Assembly: GCA_963826715.1 (NCBI GenBank)
Contig: CAWGYA010000008.1
Coordinates: 1,120,001 to 1,184,000 of the forward strand
Origin: Candidatus Bathyarchaeota archaeon
GTDB lineage: Archaea; Thermoproteota; Bathyarchaeia; Bathyarchaeales; Bathycorpusculaceae
DNA: 64,000 nt
Direction: 5' to 3'
Position numbers and translations under genes: made by a program. Positions 31,298 to 41,688 of the stretch are shown here, piece by piece. The number at the start of each line of letters is the position of its first letter. Positions within the stretch are counted from its first letter, which is position 1. Under the pieces are notes generated by a model. The model saw only the letters and a program-made list of their open reading frames with translations, searched no databases and was not told the origin of the DNA.

Positions 31298-31605
31298 AAA
31301 AATTGGCAAACCAGAAAAAATTAAATCAAAAAACGGTTACCGTGGGTTTAGCTGTTGCCTTAATCTTTGTTTTGCTGGGGGTTTTTATCTTTTCTAATGC
31401 TATGGAAACGCTTGATGTGAAGGCTGAAGAACTTGGAATGCAAGAACATCCGATTTTTGAAGCTCCCTTTGCTGACTATAACATCGCTGGAAACAACAGC
31501 ATTTGGGTTACTCTATTTGTCGCTATCGTTTCAACGCTTTTACTGTTTGTTACAGGTTTGGTGGTAGCTAAAATAATACACAAGAGGAAGGTTGCAATAA
31601 AATGA
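31294..31605 (+). CDS. NikN/PDGLE-like accessory membrane subunit
   Basis: 2 TMs flanking ETLD..AE..APFADY; overlaps both neighbours by 4 nt. Confidence 0.75.
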   Translation: MKKLANQKKLNQKTVTVGLAVALIFVLLGVFIFSNAMETLDVKAEELGMQEHPIFEAPFADYNIAGNNSIWVTLFVAIVSTLLLFVTGLVVAKIIHKRKVAIK

Positions 31606-32414
31606 AGGTTCCTCAATCAATAAGAGATATTGCGGAAGGTGCAGAATCACTTGTTTACGTTGAAGATTTAAGCAGCAGACGAGGCATCATGCAAGCTATA
31701 AACCCCGTTGCTAAACTCTTCACCATCGTTGGTATGATAGTTGCTGCGCTCTTCATCACCAATTTGACTGTTCTACTTGCGGTCTGCTTGATCCCTTTGG
31801 TTTTAGCATTGACCTCTCGGATTCCGCTAAAGACCTTTTTTTCAAGAACCGCCATGATCACCATGTTTTCCGCCTTCATTTCTCTGCCCTGGCTTTTCTG
31901 GACTTCTGGCTTAGCTTTGTGGTCAACCAATATAGGGGGAATTCACCTTATCATAACCGTTGAGGGTCTAACAAGTGCTGCCGTTTTCACGACTCGTGTA
32001 TGGTTCTGTGTAGCATCCCTAATCACCTTGGTGCTTTCAATGGGTTTCGATAAGACCCTAAAACTGTTAGCTACCCTCAGAGTCCCCACTATAATCATCC
32101 AACTTTTCAGCCTTACTTACCGATATTTTTTCGTCTCGATTCATGAAGCTCAAAGTGTCCTAATCGCTAAGGAAGCTCGAACCTATGTGAACAAATACAA
32201 CTTTAACCTTCAATCCCTCAAAGACTTAGGTGCCGTTCTTTCCTCTCTTTTCATCCGCACCTATGAACGATCTGAACGTGTTTATCTTGCTATGAAAGCC
32301 AGGGGCTTTGAAATTAGTACTGATAACAAACTTGCAATGCCCGCTCTGCGTTTAGGTGATGTGGCTTTTGCGTCAGCCATAATAGTTGCTTTTACGTTAC
32401 TTGCGTTGCATTAG
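31602..32414 (+). CDS. cbiQ: ECF transporter T component CbiQ/NikQ
   Basis: LTYRYFF, AKEAR, RTYERSERVYLAMKARG. Confidence 0.92.
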   Translation: MKVPQSIRDIAEGAESLVYVEDLSSRRGIMQAINPVAKLFTIVGMIVAALFITNLTVLLAVCLIPLVLALTSRIPLKTFFSRTAMITMFSAFISLPWLFWTSGLALWSTNIGGIHLIITVEGLTSAAVFTTRVWFCVASLITLVLSMGFDKTLKLLATLRVPTIIIQLFSLTYRYFFVSIHEAQSVLIAKEARTYVNKYNFNLQSLKDLGAVLSSLFIRTYERSERVYLAMKARGFEISTDNKLAMPALRLGDVAFASAIIVAFTLLALH

Positions 32415-32428
32415 AAGGCTCCTGAAGC

Positions 32429-33286
32429 ATGTCTGAACCTATCGTTTCGGTTGTAGATGTCAAATTTAATTATCCTGCTGGCGTCAGTGCCCTTACGGGG
32501 GTGTCTCTGGCGATTCAACAAGGTGAGCGTGTTGCGCTTTTGGGTCCCAATGGCTCAGGGAAATCCACTTTGATTCTTCTTATAGCTGGTTTGCTAATGC
32601 CCACAAAAGGCGAAATCAAAGTTTTCGGAGAAAAAACAACCTCTAAAGAATTTCAGAAGTTCCGTTCCCGCATCGGATTAGTTTTCCAAGACCCCGATGA
32701 TCAACTCTTTATGCCCAGTGTAATTGAAGATATAGAGTATGGACCCAAAAACCTCAAGTTGCCTCTAAAAGATATCAACGAACGGAGCGCCCATGTGCTT
32801 GAGAAAATGGCGATTACACATCTCAAAAACCGTCCACCGCACAGGCTCAGTTTTGGTGAGAAGAAAAAGGTGTCGCTTGCAACAGCTCTAGTTTTGAAGC
32901 CTGAACTTTTGATCCTCGATGAGCCTACTGCCAACCTTGACTTGGTTTCTCGTCGCGGTTTAATCGATACCATAAATGAACTCAGTAGAGCAGGTACCAC
33001 CGTTATTATCTCCACTCATGATGCTGAAGCCATTCCCGAGCTAGCAGATCGTATCGTTATTATTAGTCATGGTGAAAAGCTTTGCGAAGGCAAAACTGGC
33101 GATGTGCTTCAGGATAAAAAGATGCTTGAAGCTTCGGGGCTGGAACCGCCTACCATCGTTGACCTTTTCGGTGATCTTAAGGTACGAGGGCTCATTAGCG
33201 AAATGCCTCTAACCGTTGCAGAAGGTAAAAATGTGCTTGCAAAACTCCTAAAGGGCGATTGCGACAAAAAATCGAAATGTTGCTAA
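32429..33286 (+). CDS. cbiO: ECF transporter ATPase CbiO/NikO
   Basis: GPNGSGKST, FQDPDDQLF, LSFGEKK, ILDEPT. Confidence 0.93.
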   Translation: MSEPIVSVVDVKFNYPAGVSALTGVSLAIQQGERVALLGPNGSGKSTLILLIAGLLMPTKGEIKVFGEKTTSKEFQKFRSRIGLVFQDPDDQLFMPSVIEDIEYGPKNLKLPLKDINERSAHVLEKMAITHLKNRPPHRLSFGEKKKVSLATALVLKPELLILDEPTANLDLVSRRGLIDTINELSRAGTTVIISTHDAEAIPELADRIVIISHGEKLCEGKTGDVLQDKKMLEASGLEPPTIVDLFGDLKVRGLISEMPLTVAEGKNVLAKLLKGDCDKKSKCC

Positions 33287-33538
33287 TGAGATTTATCGAA
33301 CAATTTGTTTCTGAATGGTTGGTTGTGTATTTGTTTTCCTTGCTAGCAACAAGATATTTTTTTCGGTATTATTTCTTAAGCTCGGGAATAGAAGGTGTGA
33401 CTCATAGTATTGAGTACTTACCAAGATAATTCGACCAGAAGACTTATTTTTATTTATTTAAGGATGTTAACAGTAAGCAGATACCTAGATATAGTGGTTT
33501 TTCAATAACGAAATCTAACAATTAGGGAAGGCGAAGAG

Positions 33539-34516
33539 TTGCTAGAACAATTTGGATTAATTGGAAATGTAGCTGTTCTTCTTGCATCGCTAATTATTTT
33601 AATGAAAGCTAGCAGCTGGGCAATTACTAATTCAGTCAAATTGGCAAGTGCAACTGGTATAGGAAAAACAAAGATTGGATTCATACTTGTTGCTTTCTCA
33701 ACTTCTCTTCCAGAACTCTTTGTTGCAGTATTTGCTGCATTCACTCCGCAGGCAACGGGGATTTCAGTAGGTAATGTTTTGGGGTCAAATATAGTAAACA
33801 TATGCTTGGTACTTGGTATCGGTTTACTTATTATGGCATTTAAGTATCCTGAAAGTGCAGGGTTTTTTGCTAGAATGGCTAAAGAAGAGGTGGGAGATCT
33901 TAATTTTGGGATTTTTGTTGCGTCAATTGTTCCTTTGATCTTGTTGTATTTTGGTTTTGCAAACAAGATAGTGGGCGTTTTACTTATCGGACTTTTCTTT
34001 TACAACATGTATGTTCTACTTAAGAAGAGAAAAACTGTGGAGGAAATTTCAGATACTGCGGAGAAGACGGGACTTGTAAGATACTTGGTCAAGTCTATCG
34101 TGGGCATAGTTGGAGTTGTTGTTTGCGCCTATTTTATTGTTGATTCCGCCTCTTTTCTAGCATTAAGCGCTGGAATACCCACTGTTATTGTTGGAGCTAC
34201 TGTGATAGCTTTTGGAACTAGTGTTCCAGAGCTTGCAACAACCATAGAATCTATTAAGAAAGGCTTCATGGACCTTGCGATTGGAAATATTATTGGAAGT
34301 TGTTTCATAAATATTACTTTAATTTTGGGATTCACTTTGCTCCTTTCACCTTTTGATGTAAATATATCAGTTTTTTCAGATTTGATTCTTTTTTCATTAA
34401 TAACTAACGTTATCTTATGGTACATCTTACAGAATACCAAAGTTAGCAAGAGAGAGGGAGCAATATTGCTTACATTTTACATAATATTTTTAGTAATTAG
34501 CTCTAGTGGAAATTAG
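33539..34516 (+). CDS. Ca2+/cation (YrbG-like Na+/Ca2+) antiporter
   Basis: Two alpha repeats: FSTSLPEL..GNVLGSN and FGTSVPEL..GNIIGS. Confidence 0.92.
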   Translation: MLEQFGLIGNVAVLLASLIILMKASSWAITNSVKLASATGIGKTKIGFILVAFSTSLPELFVAVFAAFTPQATGISVGNVLGSNIVNICLVLGIGLLIMAFKYPESAGFFARMAKEEVGDLNFGIFVASIVPLILLYFGFANKIVGVLLIGLFFYNMYVLLKKRKTVEEISDTAEKTGLVRYLVKSIVGIVGVVVCAYFIVDSASFLALSAGIPTVIVGATVIAFGTSVPELATTIESIKKGFMDLAIGNIIGSCFINITLILGFTLLLSPFDVNISVFSDLILFSLITNVILWYILQNTKVSKREGAILLTFYIIFLVISSSGN

Positions 34517-34782
34517 AATCTATAAAATGAGTTTCAAATTTTAAAGCTTTCTTAAAAGCACATTTTCACTTCTCTACAACTTATAATCAATAGTTTGCTT
34601 GTTATTTTTTTTTGTTTTGTTGTAACAGGTGTGTAGTCACATTGTTTCTTAAATTAGCTTTTAGATAGTGATATGATATGGGATGTCTATTGGCTGATTT
34701 GCGTTCTCTTCCATTAGTATTTTCTGTATTTAGAGTACACAAGGATCAATATTATGATTCACGAATTAGTGAGTGATGCGAA

Positions 34783-34929
34783 ATGACACATTGCAACAGT
34801 TGTGGAAAAGAAGTTAACAAACCATCAAGAGCACTAAAAAATCAAGCTTTGATAACCGAAATTTATGAATGCAAAGAATGTCATCACAGCTTTAAAGTTA
34901 CAATCAACCAAGCGCCATACATCTGTTAG
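34783..34929 (+). CDS. Small zinc-ribbon protein (48 aa, absent from ORF track)
   Basis: My translation MTHCNSCGKEVNKPSRALKNQALITEIYECKECHHSFKVTINQAPYIC; paralog of 42021-42203. Confidence 0.7.
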   Translation: MTHCNSCGKEVNKPSRALKNQALITEIYECKECHHSFKVTINQAPYIC

Positions 34930-35159
34930 CTTAGTCTTAATTACCCTTAAACAAATATTTCTTAGAGTTAAACTTTCTTTTCCGATAGTGTTTTCCGAAA
35001 AATTTGATTTTGAAGAAGCCAAAGTAGTTTATTGAAGAAAATTGAGATTATATTTGGCTTAATTTAAACAAAATTATTAAATAAAAAATAAGGGTAAAAC
35101 TTATAAAATAAAATCTCCCAATTAAAATAATATAGATACAAAATAAATTCAGGGGAGTT

Positions 35160-36458
35160 TTGTCTTTGAAGGGTATATATATTTGGATATTAGGTTTCCT
35201 TTCTCTATTATCAGCTGCAAACGTGGTTAATGCAACAATATTGTGGTTCTCAACCGGACCGACAAGCACATTTAATCCCTATTTACTCGGTGGTTTGGCT
35301 TTTCCAGTTTATATTTATGCATTGATTTCAATTCTTGTAACTTTGGTTTTGCTTGCCGGGACTTCTCACATGGTTGTGAGTAAACTGTCGGTGATAGATC
35401 AAGTAACGACGCTTAATGAAAAAACCAGTAGCTTGCAGATTAAACAGGAGGCTCAGCAAAGAAACTTGGTTGATCTTCAGGAAAAAATATCTAATGTTGA
35501 TGAAAATGTCGCTCGGACAGGTAGCAAACTTTCTGACGAATTTAGCAGTCAGGTTGATGCATTAAAGAAGACTTGGGAGGCGGGTAATAGGGTAATTGAT
35601 AACAAAACCAGTAGGTTGCAGGCTGGTCAAGAGTCTCAACAGGAGGTTTTGATGAATGTTCAAAGTAAGATGTCTGAGGTTGACGAAAATATAGAGCTTG
35701 CAAGTAAAAAGCTCACTGACGAGTTTAGCATCCAAGGGGAAGCGATAAAGCAGACTGTGGAAGCTAAAGATCAAAATCAGCAGAAACTCTTGGAGGGGCT
35801 GCAAGGACGAATGTTATTCGTTGATGAAAGTTTGAACGATTTCGAAAAGAAACTTGGAGAACAGACAGAACTAATGAAAACTTTAGACTCTACTTCAGCT
35901 AATGCCGTTAATTCACAACTCAATATTGTGAAAGACACACTGACAAAACTTGAATCTGAGGACAAAAAGAGACTTACTGCAATCGAGAAGCAAAGAAATG
36001 AAATTAATGAAATCAAACAAAAACTTGAACGATTAGAAGCTTCGCTACTAAGTCCAGAGTCGATTCTTAAAAGTAACAGCGATGTAGAAGACGTCAAAGG
36101 AATAGGGCCTAACAAAGCAGCTGAACTCAAGAACATTGGAATAACAAATGCGAGCGATCTTATAATGGCTGATCCTAAAGTTCTTTCAAAAGCCATGGGT
36201 TCAACTGAAAAAACTGTGGAAAAGTTGCAGGGGCGAGCGCAGCTCCAAATGATTCCTGGCATTAAAGAGAAGGATCTATTGCTATTAGAAGACCTTGATA
36301 TCACCGATAGAAAGAAACTTTCCACACAAGACCCCATGGATCTCGGTAAAAAAATTAATGCTATCTTTAAAATAAATCTCGCAAAAGGGAAAGTTGCAGA
36401 AAACGACAGACCAACAATTGAGGACTTAGATTCTTGGATTAAATTCACAAAGGTCTAA
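35160..36458 (+). CDS. Membrane-anchored coiled-coil protein with C-terminal helix-hairpin-helix (DUF4332-like) domain
   Basis: 2 N-terminal TMs; duplicated ~60-aa coil; VEDVKGIGP and LQMIPGI HhH motifs. Confidence 0.8.
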   Translation: MSLKGIYIWILGFLSLLSAANVVNATILWFSTGPTSTFNPYLLGGLAFPVYIYALISILVTLVLLAGTSHMVVSKLSVIDQVTTLNEKTSSLQIKQEAQQRNLVDLQEKISNVDENVARTGSKLSDEFSSQVDALKKTWEAGNRVIDNKTSRLQAGQESQQEVLMNVQSKMSEVDENIELASKKLTDEFSIQGEAIKQTVEAKDQNQQKLLEGLQGRMLFVDESLNDFEKKLGEQTELMKTLDSTSANAVNSQLNIVKDTLTKLESEDKKRLTAIEKQRNEINEIKQKLERLEASLLSPESILKSNSDVEDVKGIGPNKAAELKNIGITNASDLIMADPKVLSKAMGSTEKTVEKLQGRAQLQMIPGIKEKDLLLLEDLDITDRKKLSTQDPMDLGKKINAIFKINLAKGKVAENDRPTIEDLDSWIKFTKV

Positions 36459-37332
36459 GTGCCAAAATATCCAAGATATTTTTAATCTTCTTTTTTTGAC
36501 ACTTGAATGTTACCCCATCCATACGAAAGCATTTCCCGTCTCAAACTCTTAGCACTATTTTAGCCATAACAGCTTTTGGCAACTCTAATATTGCCCTTAG
36601 TCGCAGGGTCTTGACTGAGACCTTATATAGAGAAAACTTTGTTTACCTCCCTCCATTTCAGTAAATGATGGGTTACCACTATTCTATACTAAGTTTTGTC
36701 GAACTTTATTGACTAAGGCGTGGATCGAGGAAATTTGTTTACCTGTAGCTATTGAGTTATGCAATAATTGGTTTAGTATATTCTTTTTTGGAAATATCCT
36801 TTTTAAAAGGTAAAATCTACTTTGTGTTTGAGGAAAAAGGAGAGCTTCTCAATCATCTCAAAATATTGTCCGATCGTTTTGTGGTTTTCAATAAACGTTT
36901 TTGAGGCTTATTTTACTTACTTAAAAATATTAAGATGGCTGAATTGGTCCGAAATAACTTCTTTGAATTAATTGCAATTGTTGTTGATTGAATAATTTCA
37001 TCAATTATAGCAAATAGGTGAGCGATGGGTAAATTTTATCACCATATCCTTTTGTTGTTGGGTTATCTGCTTTTCATGTGGAGCAGTATTTGGTATTTTA
37101 TGGTTCAATTTAGAAGAAAAATGGAAGAAGAATGCTTCAAAATTAGTTTTGGTTCTTTTCTGTTGCATAGTCGATGTTTACTCTCTTTCTAAAGCTCTTA
37201 ATTAAAATTGGTGACATCGTAATTTTTAGTGTTAATTATATTAATTTTTAACGTAGTTATTTGCGAATGTATTGGTGTAGTTTAAGTAGTTTATTAGGGT
37301 AGACTTAAGTATAGTGTTGAGAAGTATATAGT

Positions 37333-37644
37333 GTGAATTATATGGTAGACTTGAGTAATCCTAAAAAGCGCCGATTAGCAGTTAAAGCTACTCCAGTAAA
37401 GGAAGTTCCAGAAGGTAAAAAAATAGCTAGAAGACCAGAATATGATGAAGTATTCAAAGAGATCATGGATAGCCCTGAAAAGATTTTTAAGATTGAAGTG
37501 GAAGGTCGAACGGTAAAAACAATGTATGCACCATTTGCTTCCAGAGTAAAGAGATACAACAAACAACCTGATAGAAAATATAATGCTCTGCTTAAAGTAA
37601 GAAGCAAAGAAATTTACATTGTGAAATCAGATAAGTCAAACTAG
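37333..37644 (+). CDS. Small basic hypothetical protein
   Basis: K/R-rich ORF of ~100 aa in an AT-rich region. Confidence 0.6.
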   Translation: MNYMVDLSNPKKRRLAVKATPVKEVPEGKKIARRPEYDEVFKEIMDSPEKIFKIEVEGRTVKTMYAPFASRVKRYNKQPDRKYNALLKVRSKEIYIVKSDKSN

Positions 37645-37774
37645 AGCAATCTGATATTCTCTGTCCAATCTTTTTCAATATACTTTTTCATTAAATTTCA
37701 TTTACGTTCCAAACGATTGTTTATGATGTTTGATAAATATTGTGCAATTGTATCGTTGAGATAAGCCAGATAAC

Positions 37775-38017
37775 TCAGTAAATTACCCACACCCCAGTAG
37801 AGCGTTCAATAACCTGAATTTTTCTATCAACAAAATGATTAAGCAAAAAATTTCTCTGGGTCAAAGTAAAATTATCTCTAATAATTATCTTACAATTTTT
37901 CTTATCGCTGTCGTCTAGACTTATCTCTGTAGCTCTTTCAATCAATTCGGGAGCCACCTTACATATTTCGTCCAAGAGCATTATTGCTTCTTCACGAATC
38001 AACTGAGTTAGCTCCAA
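37775..38017 (-). CDS. Small hypothetical protein
   Basis: 80 aa; REEAIMLLDEI resembles RASAVLLLREI of 41829-42047. Confidence 0.55.
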   Translation of the reverse strand: MELTQLIREEAIMLLDEICKVAPELIERATEISLDDSDKKNCKIIIRDNFTLTQRNFLLNHFVDRKIQVIERSTGVWVIY

Positions 38018-38126
38018 TTATTTTTTAGCTTAAGTGATATATAATAGTTCGTAAAAAACAAGTAAGAAAATAATTTGTAAGACAACAATACGCTACAAAT
38101 TTGTTCTTTAATGATTGAAAGCTGCC

Positions 38127-38540
38127 CTAGCTGATTGAAATATTTAGAGCCTGTTTCTCAAGTTTCTTGTTGCTAATTTTCCTCATTAGCCAGAGACTTC
38201 CCCATGTTGCTATATCTATGGCCGTTAGCAAAATTACAGCTACTACACTATCCAAGGCAATGAGTATAAGCGCAGTTGTTATTGCTATTATTAATGAAAT
38301 TAATATCAATATCAAAGCTGATTGGTTTTTTTTAATATATGAATTATATCTAGCTTTTGTTATTTCTTCAACAATTCCATACGCTCCAGCATTAGCAAGA
38401 AATAACAGCATTAATTGGTTAGCTGAGATAGGCACGGAAATAAAGCGTGATAGTACTAGAAGAATAAGTATCAGACTTAAAATTAAATAATAAATAATAT
38501 ATATAGGTAATCTTAATCTGCTTTCTTTAGGAATCGGCAT
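38127..38540 (-). CDS. Hypothetical 4-TM membrane protein
   Basis: Four hydrophobic segments, ATG start. Confidence 0.6.
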   Translation of the reverse strand: MPIPKESRLRLPIYIIYYLILSLILILLVLSRFISVPISANQLMLLFLANAGAYGIVEEITKARYNSYIKKNQSALILILISLIIAITTALILIALDSVVAVILLTAIDIATWGSLWLMRKISNKKLEKQALNISIS

Positions 38541-38616
38541 CAGTTTCTATTTAGTACGTAATTTGCTTAAGAGATTACCTATTATCTAACGCTCCAAAAT
38601 ACATTGTTAAGTTTCT

Positions 38617-40043
38617 CTATTGTGGTTTTTTTCTAAAAAAAACGAAAACACCAAGAATAGTAGCAGCAAGCAAAATACCCATAAACACTAAGATTGCAAT
38701 CTCCAACCATCCAAACCCTGAAACCTTGGTTGGCAACAAAGAACTTGAGCTTAACTGGATATCAATTAAATGAGTACTATGATCATAAGAGAAGTGAAGT
38801 TGCCAGCTATCACCTTGGGATTCTGCAAGATAATCAATTTGGGTATCGTCTAAGAAGACTTTTAGTGTGGAAATATCGTTTATCAATGATTTAGGTATAT
38901 TTACATTAACATAGCCTGTCGTTCCTGTGTTTCCAGAAACGCTAAAACTCAATTCGCTGCTGTTTGAATCAAAGAAGAACCCTGTGATAGTGGAGTTTGA
39001 GTTTATTGAAAAGATATTTTGTTCTTGGTGAGGTTCCACAACAAAGTTGACTCTTGCAATTGTGTCTGAATAATTATTGTTTCCTTCATATATTGCTCTT
39101 AGTGAAAAATAACCTGTTACAGATGGCATCCATTCGGCGTAGTAGCTTCCATTAGAGAGTGTTTGGGCGAGCGTTAAATCGACCCAGGATTTTCCGCCTG
39201 TAACGCTGTAGGATATTAATATTGGTGCTTCTGAAATGCCAGTTTCATTAAATGTTAAGGTGCCTCTGATTAGAACTTTGAAATCAGACATACTCGATGA
39301 GCTAATGCATGAGACTGTGAGAGTGGGTTCTTGTAAACTTTTATTTGATGATGAGCCCTCAAAGATTTTCACATTATCATAATCAACTAGGTTTTCTGTG
39401 TAGCGCCCGCTAACAGATAATCCATCAAAAATGTAGGCGCGTTCACTTCCCTTGATTAATTGCCCTTTAAGTACTCCATCAATATAAACTGAAATAAGTT
39501 TGTTAGGTCTATCGAGAAGGAACTTGATATGATACCATTGATTTGGAACGTATTTTTCCAGAACAGTGCCGGTTCCTTCTGCTTCCACATAATCTCGGGC
39601 AACTATGGTGCCATCATCAGTAAATGCTATGCCGTCGTTCCATTTGGCATTTCCCCAATCAACTTGTTCCCAGAGACCAACCTTAACATTATCGCCAGTT
39701 GTGTTAGTGATTGCGGTTACTAGAACGCTCACTTCAAAACCTATTATGTTCGAGTTACTTTGAAAATTCTTTACGGCATCGGCTGCCAATTACGTTCTCC
39801 TTGGAGTTGAAAACATTTATTTGACGAATTCAAAGGGTCACTGATGACTTGTTGATATTGGTTGCCCAATCCATTAAAAGCCAGGGTCCACTGAGAAGGA
39901 AAGCTGCCCACAAGATAATTCTCAAAATCGTCACTAAAAAGTAAATTATTAGGCGAGCCAGCAAAACCCAGTTCAGACATAGCTGAAAATACAAGCGCCA
40001 ACACAAAAACCAATACAGTTATTGTTTTCAATGCTTGGCTCAT
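38617..40043 (-). pseudogene. Secreted/surface protein (LamG/ConA-like plus Ig-like domains, TM anchor) split by a 1-nt frameshift near 39787
   Basis: ORF 39771-40043 carries the signal peptide and FSDDFE; ORF 38617-39789 carries the rest; one added G gives ...GERNWAADAVKNF. Confidence 0.75.
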
Positions 40044-40461
40044 TTTAACCCCTAAATTTAGGGAACAATTTCTGATCTTAAAAGGTTTTTTGTCAACCTT
40101 TCTTGACTAAAGTCAATATTACAGGTCAAAGTTTATTGATTTAATCTTTTTTCATCATTCTGTTTTTGCTAATGAAAGAGCCCTTGGATTCTGGGAGGCT
40201 ACCATATGCAGGTTCACTCTCTAACTGAGGTGTTTTTGTTTGAATCTTATCTATGATTTACTTATGTCGTAAAATTATTAATTCTACTTTGGGGCTTGTC
40301 CAAGTTAGCGTGCGTTTCTTGCTAAGAACGCAATGTGAATTTAAAATGAGTCTATCTATTGGCTTGTTTTCCAAATCTCTCTAAATAGATGGCTACCCTT
40401 TCAATTTTTAAAAGCCGGTCGATAGGTATTTGTTTAGCTAAGCCAACCTTAGCATGGCTAT

Positions 40462-40594
40462 GGGCGAGTAGCTCAGTACGGATTGGAGTGTTCTTTGCAA
40501 AGAGGGGGTTCCCGCTTTGTTTTGATATCTTCACGCAAAGAGCACCAGCCTCCTAAGTTGGGGGTCGAGGGTTCAAATCCCTCCCCGCCCGCCA
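40462..40594 (+). tRNA. tRNA-Arg(CCT) with ~55-nt intron in the D-arm region; CCA encoded
   Basis: GGGCGAG-TA-GCTC...GAGC-A-CCAGC-CTCCTAA-GTTGG-GGGTC-GAGGG-TTCAAAT-CCCTC-CCCGCCC-G-CCA; exact splice sites unresolved; one A-C acceptor mismatch. Confidence 0.87.
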
Positions 40595-40629
40595 CGGACA
40601 AACCCCGCCCGTTTTGGCTCGGGTGATGG

Positions 40630-40817
40630 TTACTTTCGTTTTTTGAAAACTTTGTTGCTTCCAAAATCACAGACGAATTCAAAGCCGGCTTCAATGAGTT
40701 GACAGGTTTCCTCTTCTGAGTGTGCAATTCTTGCGACGTAGTCGTCTTCTTGGAAATCAACGAGTTGGGTGTACATCATTGTGTTTCTGATGCTCTTATG
40801 GCCGAGAACTTGCTGTT
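40630..40817 (-). pseudogene. Tyrosine integrase C-terminal remnant
   Basis: My translation QQVLGHKSIRNTMMYTQLVDFQEDDYVARIAHSEEETCQLIEAGFEFVCDFGSNKVFKKRK*: box II LGH..T..Y present; upstream part missing. Confidence 0.82.
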
Positions 40818-41397
40818 TAGGGAGCTCGCAGGAAAAGTAACAGCCACATTCAATGAAGCGCAGAGTCTTGGCTTTCAGGACAAGTATGAATCAAGGGAAA
40901 TCATAAGGAGCAGAGGACTTTCTGCACATGATTTTGATGCATTGACTGCTTTGAGGCGAAAACTGTCAAGAAATATCAAATCTTCACTGTCAAAGGATTA
41001 TTTCCGAGAAGACATGGAATCGAAAGATAGGTGTGAACTTCTTGCAGACAGCATCATCAGGATGGTCAATTAATATATGAAATTGTGGGCATTCATCCAG
41101 AAGACAAATGGTGCCAGAGAGATCTTTAGCGGCTAATTCAAGCGAAGAGTCGGCTGAAACTGGCAGCCTTGTGTGCGCGGATACGACTGTTTTTCCGGCG
41201 TAAACATAGCACCCGGTTTTCTATGTCGACGGGTGATTGTATAGCTTTTTGGCTAAGATATTCGCCGTTTTGAGGGGCATAGGTAGAGTCAGGTCAGATT
41301 ATTTATTTTATTTTTTATATGTTGTGAAGAATAGCTTAATCGCCGAATGCCTTTTTCTCTATGGGGGGCAAATTGGTGAAGGCCTTCAAAAAGTTGT

Positions 41398-41688
41398 TTA
41401 GGGTTTGTTGGCGGGCAGGGCATGGTCAGAGATTATGAATCTGCCTATTTCAAGCTGCAGGCTCAGGTTGTTCTCGGCGGCGAAATCTGCCAAGAGCTTG
41501 TATGAGCCCTGGTCGAGCATGCTTCTTTCGACGGTCAAAACAAGGCCGACCTCAGGCAAATCCAACATTGCCATGTCTATGCCGCAAAAAGTTTGGATTT
41601 GGCGCTTGATTTTCATGGCCTCAGAAATATTCATTTTTGTCTGCTCGGCTGAACAAGATTGCCTGAACCTAATTGAATGTTGCCCCAA
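41398..41688 (-). CDS. Small hypothetical protein
   Basis: ORF with protein-like composition; likely start MNISEA. Confidence 0.55.
   Translation of the reverse strand: MGQHSIRFRQSCSAEQTKMNISEAMKIKRQIQTFCGIDMAMLDLPEVGLVLTVERSMLDQGSYKLLADFAAENNLSLQLEIGRFIISDHALPANKP

Noticed and set aside
35777-36448. Long antisense ORFs such as this 223-aa one and 33502-33966, 29643-30092, 6826-7311
   Set aside because: They are shadows of well-supported genes on the opposite strand.
36485-36580. Short minus-strand ORF with in-frame TGA (MAKIVLRV*DGKC...) as a selenopeptide
   Set aside because: Too short, no recognisable family and no SECIS seen.
36460-37330. AT-rich gap as a replication origin
   Set aside because: No ORB-like repeats and no adjacent cdc6/orc1 recognised.
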